Positions 56,482-64,000 of a stretch of 64,000 nucleotides of DNA are shown in pieces. Made by a program: the position numbers and the translations under genes. Source of the DNA: Candidatus Aenigmatarchaeota archaeon (GTDB lineage Archaea > Aenigmatarchaeota > Aenigmatarchaeia > Aenigmatarchaeales > JACQIB01); contig JACQIB010000005.1 of NCBI GenBank assembly GCA_016198755.1, forward strand, positions 64,001-128,000. The letters are read 5' to 3'. Numbering within the stretch: the first letter of the stretch is position 1; each line of letters begins with the position of its first letter. The notes beneath the pieces were generated by a model. That model worked only from the letters and a program-made list of their open reading frames with translations, was not told the DNA's origin and did no database searches.

Positions 56482-56685
56482 CTAAAATTTTGTGAGCGGC
56501 TTGGAGCTTTCTAGCAGGGGGGTTACTTTTGGTTTTCCCCTTTCTTTTTCTATAAGCTTTGCGTATTTGCATTTTGGGCAGGTTAGCCAGCTTGTAAGTG
56601 TTCCTGGGATTGTTAAAAGGTCTGCGCTGCAGCGGGGGCACTGGGTGCTTGCTTCAGTTATCTTAAGTTGCTTCACTACCACCAC
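56482..56685 (-). CDS. Small zinc-ribbon protein
   Basis: CPRC...CPKC; GTG start overlapping the upstream gene. Confidence 0.75.
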   Translation of the reverse strand: MVVVKQLKITEASTQCPRCSADLLTIPGTLTSWLTCPKCKYAKLIEKERGKPKVTPLLESSKPLTKF

Positions 56686-57053
56686 TCTCCTCTTCCCTGC
56701 TTTATCTGCACTTCATGGAAAATTCTGGAGTGTTTATCCTGCAATTCTTCCGGTGAAAGTATGCTTTCAGCTTTGTTTACAAATATCATTTCAAGATCAC
56801 CCATCTTGTTCTCAAAATTTCCTGTAAGGCTGAAGCGCACTCCTTTCTTCAGCATCAGTTTACAGAAGGGTTGTTTTGACTGGAAAAGCCTGTCCACACC
56901 AACATCTTCCAGAAAGCCTACAATAATATAGTTTGTCTGCTCTACAGCAACAAGTTTTTTCAGCAGCTTTCTGGCCTTTTCCTTTGATTTTTCTATAGAG
57001 CTGAAATATCCGCGGGGTATCAGCTCTGCCTCTTCCCTTGTTCTTGCTAACAT
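56676..57053 (-). CDS. Hypothetical protein (125 aa)
   Basis: GTGAT SD; coupled to the zinc-ribbon gene. Confidence 0.7.
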   Translation of the reverse strand: MLARTREEAELIPRGYFSSIEKSKEKARKLLKKLVAVEQTNYIIVGFLEDVGVDRLFQSKQPFCKLMLKKGVRFSLTGNFENKMGDLEMIFVNKAESILSPEELQDKHSRIFHEVQIKQGRGEWW

Positions 57054-57167
57054 TTTATCACTGCCTATAATTTAGGCAAAAACCTATTTAAGGGAGTATG
57101 TGCTCACAGGCAAGTGATTGATTTTCAGCAAAAATAGTTATTTAAAGGTTGTTTATGTATAATTGCC

Positions 57168-57470
57168 ATGCGAGAAAGGGATGGAGCTGCATTGGACAAT
57201 TGGAGACCTGATGCTTTGGGATTTGTTTTAGTTAGTGCTGCAATACGTGAAGAGAGGAATGTATACAGAAGCTTATGCGATCTAAAGGAAAGGGCAGGAA
57301 TACATGCTAGGCCAGTTTATGTTGAATCATTGTTACCTGGTGTTTGTGATGCTATAGTGAAAATAGAGGGGGAAGATTATCAGGCGATGGGAGACTATGT
57401 ATCTAATGTTATTCGGGTTTTACCTGGTGTTGTAGATATAAAAACTCTTACAGTAACTAAACCCGAATAA
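57168..57470 (+). CDS. Lrp/AsnC ligand-binding-domain-only protein
   Basis: GFVLV...G..DAIVKIE...IRVLPGVVDIKTL. Confidence 0.75.
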   Translation: MRERDGAALDNWRPDALGFVLVSAAIREERNVYRSLCDLKERAGIHARPVYVESLLPGVCDAIVKIEGEDYQAMGDYVSNVIRVLPGVVDIKTLTVTKPE

Positions 57471-58289
57471 TCAGGCATGGATTTCCAGTATATCTTTATC
57501 AGCCAGCTTATGCTCTAATCCAACTTTTTCCCCTACATGTTTTACAGATTTGCCCCAAACTTTTGCAAATTTGAAAAAGCGCAGGAAGTCTTTATGCACA
57601 TGGGAAGCAGCATCCTTTACATTAGAGCCCCGTTTAAGTACCAGAGCCCTTTTTTCAGGCTGTTTTCCGGGTTCTTTTGTGTAAATATGGATTAGTTTCA
57701 CGGAAGACCAGACTTTCTCGAAAATACCAGTTGGGTTCCTTGAATCTATGTAAACAAAGGGTGTACGAATCCTGAAACGCTCAATCAATCCTATCAAAGA
57801 TTCCTTCTGCTCTTCTATGCTTCTTGTAGAGTCTATTACCAGAACAATACAGTCTGAACTTGCTGCAATACTCATCCACTGGGGAATAAAGGTTGATGGA
57901 ATTTCCACAAACTGCATTTTAACACCCTCCCATTCTGCAACACCCATTTCAGGCTTTACTGTTGTATAGGAACGGTTGGAAATCTCTACCTTTGAGCCTG
58001 TCAAAGCTTTGAGAAGAGTTGACTTACCTGTTTGTGTTAATCCAAGCAGACAAACCTGTAAATCCCCCTCCTTCTGTATCTTGAAAGAGCTGCGCGTCCC
58101 TTTCTTTTCTGTTTGAGAGAGGAGTTTGCTTAATTTTGCCTTTAAATCAGCCTGCACATGGCTGGTTCCTTTGTGTTTTGGTATAGTAGAAATCATTTCC
58201 CTGAGCGCAGCTATTTTTTCATCCTTTGTTCTGGCATTTATGTACTTCTCATGCGCCTGTGCATACTCTACTGTAACATTTGTTGGCAT
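57471..58289 (-). CDS. DRG/OBG-family GTP-binding protein with TGS domain (shortened)
   Basis: MPTN...PKHKGT...LKAKLSKL; GLTQTGKST; YTT; IYTKEPG...HKDF..FKFAKVWG...VGLEHKLADKDI. Confidence 0.88.
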   Translation of the reverse strand: MPTNVTVEYAQAHEKYINARTKDEKIAALREMISTIPKHKGTSHVQADLKAKLSKLLSQTEKKGTRSSFKIQKEGDLQVCLLGLTQTGKSTLLKALTGSKVEISNRSYTTVKPEMGVAEWEGVKMQFVEIPSTFIPQWMSIAASSDCIVLVIDSTRSIEEQKESLIGLIERFRIRTPFVYIDSRNPTGIFEKVWSSVKLIHIYTKEPGKQPEKRALVLKRGSNVKDAASHVHKDFLRFFKFAKVWGKSVKHVGEKVGLEHKLADKDILEIHA

Positions 58290-58298
58290 TGAACCACG

Positions 58299-60605
58299 TT
58301 AGTAATACTCGCTTCTGTAAGTGTCTTCTTTTTCGGGTAAAAAGACTGTTTCCTCGCTTTTCTTTTCCTCTTTCTTCTCTGCAGGTTTGTGTTTCCTGAA
58401 CTTAAGGAAGTAAACAAGGGCAGCTATAACAGCCAAGACAATAACTAAAATAAAGAGTTCTGTGTACGGGAAAGAAGGTTGGGGGGGAGGTTTTTGCAGC
58501 TCTGATTTTAGCTGTTCTAACTGAGATTCCGCGGTTTCTAAGTTTGAAAGGGCTGCTTCTATATCCCCTTCAGCCAGCTTTGATTCTGCTGAAGATATTG
58601 TATTGTTTACATTTTCATAGAGATTTGTTAAGCCTTTTGAGGAGGCTGTAAGCCTAAGTGTTTCGAGCTCTGATAAGAGAGATGTTATGTTCTCTGAAAG
58701 GTCCTGCACCTCGAAAACAGCAGATAATATGGCCGTGCCAATATTAGAACTGATTTCTATATCCCCTCTATATACTCCGGATTTCAGCTTTGTACCATCA
58801 ACTGAAAGTTTTATAATGGAAGAGTTCTTGCCTAAAATATAGTTTGGAACCTGAACCACAGAAACAATTCCCTCCAAATCCCCTTTGGATTTAACTGAAA
58901 TTTCCCCCAAAATCAAAGGAGCTCTATTTTTTAACACAAATGTTTTTGTAAGCGGCTCTTTTGTGGATATTGGGCTTTTCCATTCCTTGGGCTCTATATC
59001 AATCCATGTGCCTGTTATATTCCACAAGCTTAGAGTAACTGGAATTGTTCTGGAAAACTGGTCTGCTGTAAACCCTAAATCAGCATAATAATCCCCTTCT
59101 TCAAGTTTTGTGCTGTTTAAAGTTACTGTAAATGAACCGGTTTCCTTGGGAAGGATTTCGCGCGGAGGCAGGCTAAAGCTTATCCTGCTTGATAGGAAAC
59201 CGGAAACAGTCAAATTAAGGTTTGTTATTGATTTGTTTCCTGTGTTTTTGACTGTAAAAGTCTGGGTTGAAACTGTGCCAGACCTGAGCGGTATTATCCA
59301 TTCTGTAGGTCCTATGGAGTAATCCTTATCTGTGAGTGGGGAAATCATTGTTATTTTCTTATAATCCCCGCCTGTTTCTGTATTGTTCAGGGCTGTTACT
59401 TCGAGATAAACATCCCCATATTGTTTAAGCTCATATTCACTCCTGTAAAGGCTGTTATAATAGGCAAGCCTTCCGCTCCCTACCTGAGTCAGGTTCTCTA
59501 ATAAAATTCTATAGGAAAGCTCTGCTGGTAACGAGCTGTTTGCAGAAATTGATATTGAACCTGCTTTATAGGAGTTTGTTAAAATATCGACTTTAATATT
59601 TCCAACAGTAACATTGTAAAGATAGTTTGTGTCGCCTGCTGTTATGTTCAGGGTTTCGTTCTTTGAAAGCTTTACACCCTTTAACACCCAGCCGCCTATT
59701 ATATTATCATAACTTAGCAGAGTTTCTGTTCCGCCTAATGGAAGGGAGAATTTTCCAGCTTTCACATCTTTTCCAAACCTGTCTTTTACATTTAACAGCA
59801 GCCAAAACTCTTTCCCTGCTGTTGGATGGGAAGGGAATGTTGAAGTTTCGATCTTCAAAAGATGGTCATTCATTGTATAAACTACAGCCCTGTCAAAAAT
59901 CCCCCATGTTGAATTTGTATACAAACTTGTTTCATCAAGCCCCCAAAAAAGAAGCTTTCCTTTGGCTGTGATTTTGCTTGAAACAATATCATAAAAGGAT
60001 ACTGGTATATCTGCGGAGGAGCATTCTGCTGTAAGCCAGGAAATATCCGGCTGGGCCGTGGACAAAGCTATTCTTACCCGCCCCTCCTTTGTGTATACAT
60101 CAGTAACCTTTCCTAAATCTTTTGTAACATATCCATCTGTCTCTACTTTTACAGACTTTTTAAGGCAGCTGTTGGATTTGTGCGGATAAGAGGAATAGTC
60201 AATAAAACATCCTTCTATTCCAGCTGTTCTGTTAACAGTAGCTGAGCCCATTGTAAGGAAAGCTGGCTTTTTCTGGGAGGTTATATTGTTGCAGAAAAAG
60301 TTTCTTTGTGCTTTTGAGGAGTTTGAGAGGTCTATCGAGGTTGTGCCTACAAAAACCATATCTGCTGCAGAGATGTAGCTATTTGCAGTACTTGTACCCG
60401 CAACAACCTGCTGCTCATTCAGGACTGTAACCGTATAATTAAGGCCTGATAACCTGCTGCAAAAATCCTTGTCAACGCCCTTTAAAGCAGAACAGGGGCT
60501 TTCGGTGTCTGCAGCTGTTATATAGACTATCATTTTTCCTTCTGCAGCTACAGGAATATACAGCAATGCCAGTATAAACAAAGCTGCAAGAATGGGTTTG
60601 TGCAT
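58299..60605 (-). CDS. Secreted, C-terminally anchored surface protein with Ig-like repeats
   Basis: Signal peptide; many N-x-S/T sequons; two beta-rich repeats (TFTVKNTG / TFVLKNRA; G.Y...I); coiled-coil stalk; TM helix and basic tail. Confidence 0.85.
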   Translation of the reverse strand: MHKPILAALFILALLYIPVAAEGKMIVYITAADTESPCSALKGVDKDFCSRLSGLNYTVTVLNEQQVVAGTSTANSYISAADMVFVGTTSIDLSNSSKAQRNFFCNNITSQKKPAFLTMGSATVNRTAGIEGCFIDYSSYPHKSNSCLKKSVKVETDGYVTKDLGKVTDVYTKEGRVRIALSTAQPDISWLTAECSSADIPVSFYDIVSSKITAKGKLLFWGLDETSLYTNSTWGIFDRAVVYTMNDHLLKIETSTFPSHPTAGKEFWLLLNVKDRFGKDVKAGKFSLPLGGTETLLSYDNIIGGWVLKGVKLSKNETLNITAGDTNYLYNVTVGNIKVDILTNSYKAGSISISANSSLPAELSYRILLENLTQVGSGRLAYYNSLYRSEYELKQYGDVYLEVTALNNTETGGDYKKITMISPLTDKDYSIGPTEWIIPLRSGTVSTQTFTVKNTGNKSITNLNLTVSGFLSSRISFSLPPREILPKETGSFTVTLNSTKLEEGDYYADLGFTADQFSRTIPVTLSLWNITGTWIDIEPKEWKSPISTKEPLTKTFVLKNRAPLILGEISVKSKGDLEGIVSVVQVPNYILGKNSSIIKLSVDGTKLKSGVYRGDIEISSNIGTAILSAVFEVQDLSENITSLLSELETLRLTASSKGLTNLYENVNNTISSAESKLAEGDIEAALSNLETAESQLEQLKSELQKPPPQPSFPYTELFILVIVLAVIAALVYFLKFRKHKPAEKKEEKKSEETVFLPEKEDTYRSEYY

Positions 60606-60636
60606 GTAAATAACTTTCCCTCTGCAAATAAAAACC

Positions 60637-61203
60637 CTATTGGCTGGCTTCCAGAAGGAGTATTTTCTCGAAAAACAGGCTTTCCTCAGCTACACTCTTG
60701 GTTTTGAACCCCTCCTGCCTGAAAGCCTGTAAAACCTTTTCCAAACCTGTAAGGCTGCTGATTAAAAGCAAAACTCTTCCATTTGGAAACAAATGGATTT
60801 TGCAGTTTTCAATGAATTTCAAAATCAATTCTGAGCCTTCGCCAGCGCTCCATTCTTTCTCTTCATCAACAGGCAAATATGGGGAATTAAAAAGAATAAT
60901 GTCAAATTTGCCCTGAACAAAGGAAAAAAGGTCTGATTGGAAAGCTTTTATTTTGCACCCGTTCTTTTCAGCGTTTTGTAGAGTGCATTCTACAGCTTTT
61001 TCATTTATGTCTACAGCTGTAACTTCAGCCTTCCCTTTGCTGCAGAGTATTGAAAGCAATCCTGAACCACAGCCTATCTCCAAAATCTTCTTTCCCTTTA
61101 AATCAAGATTCTCAAGAAAGTGTGCAAACAGGAAAGAATCCTCGCGGGGCTCATAAACCTCCTCTGTTTCCAGTACAATGCTGCGGAAAAACACCTTTCC
61201 CAT
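60637..61203 (-). CDS. HemK2/PrmC-like protein methyltransferase
   Basis: VYEPREDS, LEIGCGSG, DIN, SDLF, FNSPY. Confidence 0.88.
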   Translation of the reverse strand: MGKVFFRSIVLETEEVYEPREDSFLFAHFLENLDLKGKKILEIGCGSGLLSILCSKGKAEVTAVDINEKAVECTLQNAEKNGCKIKAFQSDLFSFVQGKFDIILFNSPYLPVDEEKEWSAGEGSELILKFIENCKIHLFPNGRVLLLISSLTGLEKVLQAFRQEGFKTKSVAEESLFFEKILLLEASQ

Positions 61204-61251
61204 TTTTATCACAGGTGTTGTTTTAAATATAAAGCTGCAAAAACTCTAGGA

Positions 61252-61833
61252 ATGGCATTTGGTTTGGGATGGATAGATAAAGCAGTTGGATGGGATAGAA
61301 CACTGCTTCAATCTATAAACAACTTATCCGGAAATCCACTACTGGATTTATTATTTATATTTATAACTAATGTTGGTTTTTATGCTGTATGGGCTCTACT
61401 GGCTGCTATTCTGCTCTGGAAAAGAGAGAAAAAAGCCGGCCTGACTTTGCTTTTTGGGCTTGCAGTGGATATTGTTACTATAGTTGTACTGAAAACTGCA
61501 TTCCACCGCCCGCGTCCCTTTGAGGTTTTCGAGCTCCGCCTGCCAGCGGGGGGAGAAATTGGCTCCTCTTTTCCTTCGGGTCATACACAAACTGCTTTTA
61601 TGGCTGCAACCATTTTGGGCAGCTTTTATAGGAAAGCGCGCTGGCCCCTGTTTGCTCTGTCTATTTTAATCGGCTTCAGCAGGCTTTACTTGGGTGTTCA
61701 TTATCCGCTGGATGTGCTGGCAGGAGCCCTGACAGGAGCTTCTATTGGATTGTTTATGCTGAATATTTTTCCAATTCAAAAATTGCAGGATAAGCTGCAG
61801 GGTTTTTGGAATAGAATGAAAGGTGACAAATAA
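61252..61833 (+). CDS. PAP2 family membrane phosphatase
   Basis: KxxxxRPRP, SFPSGH, SRLYLGVHYPLDV. Confidence 0.92.
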   Translation: MAFGLGWIDKAVGWDRTLLQSINNLSGNPLLDLLFIFITNVGFYAVWALLAAILLWKREKKAGLTLLFGLAVDIVTIVVLKTAFHRPRPFEVFELRLPAGGEIGSSFPSGHTQTAFMAATILGSFYRKARWPLFALSILIGFSRLYLGVHYPLDVLAGALTGASIGLFMLNIFPIQKLQDKLQGFWNRMKGDK

Positions 61834-61888
61834 TAGATTAAATAGACATATGGATCTGTTTTATATAATTTATGTACGAATTTGTTAT

Positions 61889-62488
61889 ATGGCAGGAAAA
61901 GGTACTGGAAATGAAATATTGATAATGCCTGTTCGGTTTTCTACTTTTACGCATGAGTATTCTTTTCCACCTCCGTTAAGTTTTCTTGTTCCGTTAGAAT
62001 ACGCAGAAATTACAAGAGCCCCGCAGAAACATGTTAGAATCGTCGGTGCTCATAGCGAAACTCCACGTGTTGTTGCCAATTATAAAACAGCTGGTACACC
62101 ATCAGATAGATTAAAGGATTATATGAAGGAAACAAGCGGAGCAGACAGATATACTTCTAAAGATAATTCTGTAACATTATGGTTTCCAAGAAATCTGCAG
62201 GATGTTGTCATTTTTGGACACGATACTGTACCTGAGACTGCAACAATTTCATCGGCTTTTGTTTGCTTTTCAAATGAAATAAAAGAAGATAATTTTAAAG
62301 ATAATTCAGTTAGAGTTTTGTATAATACGAGAAAACCGCCTGGACATGTGTCAGGCATGGATTATTCAGTTGATTACAGCAGGGTAAAAGAACCTGTTAG
62401 GAGCATTGTGGAAGCTGTGCTGGAATCAAGGGGTATTATAAAACATGATATTCATGTTAATAGAACCGAAGCTGTTGCAGCAGCTTAA
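61889..62488 (+). CDS. Hypothetical protein (ORFan)
   Basis: ATG at 61889, about 25 nt below TTTTATATA. Confidence 0.7.
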   Translation: MAGKGTGNEILIMPVRFSTFTHEYSFPPPLSFLVPLEYAEITRAPQKHVRIVGAHSETPRVVANYKTAGTPSDRLKDYMKETSGADRYTSKDNSVTLWFPRNLQDVVIFGHDTVPETATISSAFVCFSNEIKEDNFKDNSVRVLYNTRKPPGHVSGMDYSVDYSRVKEPVRSIVEAVLESRGIIKHDIHVNRTEAVAAA

Positions 62489-62607
62489 AATTCAAACCCG
62501 CAGTTAATGCAAGTATAATTCTTTCTTGGGTTTTCTGTATCCAGAGAAGGAAGTGAACGGTCAGACTGAACTGTGGGTGAGTTGCAGCGTCTGCACAGGA
62601 TTGTCAT
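62485..62607 (-). CDS. Micro zinc-finger protein (40 aa), missed by the ORF track
   Basis: MTILCRRCNSPTVQSDRSLPSLDTENPRKNYTCINCGFEF; TTTAAATA box about 25 nt upstream. Confidence 0.72.
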   Translation of the reverse strand: MTILCRRCNSPTVQSDRSLPSLDTENPRKNYTCINCGFEF

Positions 62608-62747
62608 GTAAAAGTTTACGTATCATAACTATTTAAAAACTGTGTTAGGCAAATTTAACTCGCAGTACCGAGTAAATTTATTTGAGCTTTTTGTTTTCCA
62701 GCTGATTTAAAAGCTGCGCAGGCAAATTAGGTTGGAATGTGAGAAGA

Positions 62748-63740
62748 ATGTTGGCAATAGAAATGAAGGGTGTTGGAAAGCAATATGAACAGAATATTGT
62801 AGAGCCTGGCATAGCTGGGGCTGTAAAGTGGTATTTGCATAGAAAAATAAAAACTGTACAGGCTCTGAAAGGGTTTTCCCTGTCTGTGAAAGAAGGTGAG
62901 ATGATGGGGGTTATTGGACCAAATGGAGCAGGAAAAAGCACTGCAATAAAAATAATGACGGGTATATTGAGGTCTGATTCCGGAAGCGTCAGGGTTTTAG
63001 GGAAGGATCCGTTTGAACAGAGGCAGGATCTTGCAAAGGATATTGGAGTTGTTTTTGGGCAAAGAACTCAGTTGTGGTGGGATTTACCCCCAAGGGATAC
63101 TTTTGATTTGCTGCATGCAATCTATAATATTCCTGATAAAACTTTCAGTAAAAACCTTGAGATGTTTACAGAAATTTTGGATCTGGGGCCTTTGTTAGGA
63201 AAGCCTGTTAGGAAACTCTCGCTAGGAGAGAGGATGAGATGTGAGATAGCAGCTGCCCTTTTGCATAATCCGAAATTAGTTTTTTTGGATGAGCCAACTA
63301 TAGGGTTAGACTTGATAGCAAAGGAAAACGTAAGGGATTTTTTAATAAAAATAAACAGGGAAAATAAAACAACCATAATACTTACAACACATGATATGGG
63401 AGATATAGAAGAACTGTGCGATAGGGTTGCGATTGTAGATATTGGAAAAAAGGTTTATGATGGGAAGCTGGAAAAGATAAGAAAATTGTTTGGAAAGGAA
63501 AAGGAAGTTTCAGTTGAGTTCCATTCACAGCCCTCTGCACAGGAATTAAGAAAGCTTGGGATGAAGATTGTAAAGAGAGAAGGGGAAAGGTATTGGTTTT
63601 CTGTTCATGGGAATATTTCTTCTGCTGTTAAAAAGCTTGTGAACAGGTTTAACCTCCATGATATTGAAATAGAAGAACCTGAGATAGAAGAGATTATAAA
63701 GAAAGTTTATAGGGAAGGTGTGAGGAATGCCAAATACTAG
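62748..63740 (+). CDS. ABC-2 type exporter ATP-binding subunit
   Basis: GPNGAGKST, LSLGERMR, FLDEPT, LTTH. Confidence 0.95.
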   Translation: MLAIEMKGVGKQYEQNIVEPGIAGAVKWYLHRKIKTVQALKGFSLSVKEGEMMGVIGPNGAGKSTAIKIMTGILRSDSGSVRVLGKDPFEQRQDLAKDIGVVFGQRTQLWWDLPPRDTFDLLHAIYNIPDKTFSKNLEMFTEILDLGPLLGKPVRKLSLGERMRCEIAAALLHNPKLVFLDEPTIGLDLIAKENVRDFLIKINRENKTTIILTTHDMGDIEELCDRVAIVDIGKKVYDGKLEKIRKLFGKEKEVSVEFHSQPSAQELRKLGMKIVKREGERYWFSVHGNISSAVKKLVNRFNLHDIEIEEPEIEEIIKKVYREGVRNAKY

Positions 63741-64000
63741 GGGATTGTTAGCTCTATCTAAAACTGCGTTTAAAAATTACACGGCTTACAGGGCCGAACT
63801 GCTTGTAGGTTCTGTTACAGTTTTTGTTTCTGTCACAATATCAGTGCTTTTCTGGGCTGCTGTATACGGATGGGATTACCAAAGAATAATTGCAGGGTTT
63901 ACACTGGCACAGATTGTAACATATTCTGCACTTTCCCTTTTCATAGCAAGGATAGCTGATACTGGGATAGAGTATGAGATGGAGGAGCTGGTTAAAACAG
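63727..64000 (+). CDS. ABC-2 type exporter permease (partial)
   Basis: MPNTRGLLALSKTAFKNYTAYRAE...FWAAVY...GFTLAQIVTY; overlaps the ATPase end. Confidence 0.85.
   Translation, partial: MPNTRGLLALSKTAFKNYTAYRAELLVGSVTVFVSVTISVLFWAAVYGWDYQRIIAGFTLAQIVTYSALSLFIARIADTGIEYEMEELVKT

Noticed and set aside
384-63376. Numerous 60-200-aa antisense or overlapping ORFs in the track (e.g. 384..680, 20073..20666, 48613..49167)
   Set aside because: They are shadows of well-supported genes on the other strand or frame and have no motifs.
1-64000. CRISPR array, rRNA, integrase or transposase
   Set aside because: No regularly spaced repeats, rRNA-like sequence or recombinase motifs were seen by eye.

Overview
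Archaeal chromosomal window, most consistent with a DPANN lineage (inferred, e.g. Aenigmarchaeota-like). Support: TBP, MCM, RPA, Hjc, RFC-L, aIF2-beta, GatDE, Dph5/Dph6, Trm5/Taw2, an intron-containing initiator tRNA-Met, many leaderless TATA-box genes and many lineage-specific ORFans. Main blocks: (1) 1-11.3 kb, a type IV pilus/secretion ATPase next to three paralogous membrane proteins and a run of unannotated proteins that share novel domains and a duplicated promoter; this is the best candidate for an undescribed surface or host-interaction system. (2) 11.3-24 kb, translation-modification genes interleaved with four AbiEii/DUF6036-type nucleotidyltransferases and an RNA ligase. (3) 28-36 kb, replication/transcription genes, including a RelE toxin-antitoxin (TA) cassette flanked by copies of the tbp 3' end. 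(4) 38.6-51 kb, an amino-sugar (GlmS with intein, GlmU-HAD, YvcK, PGI/PMI) operon containing a three-gene ATP-dependent citrate cleavage module. (5) 51-64 kb, MazF-type TA, gatD-HIT-gatE, a surface protein and an ABC exporter. No rRNA, CRISPR array, integrase or transposase was seen. All calls come from motif recognition by eye; no database searches were run.
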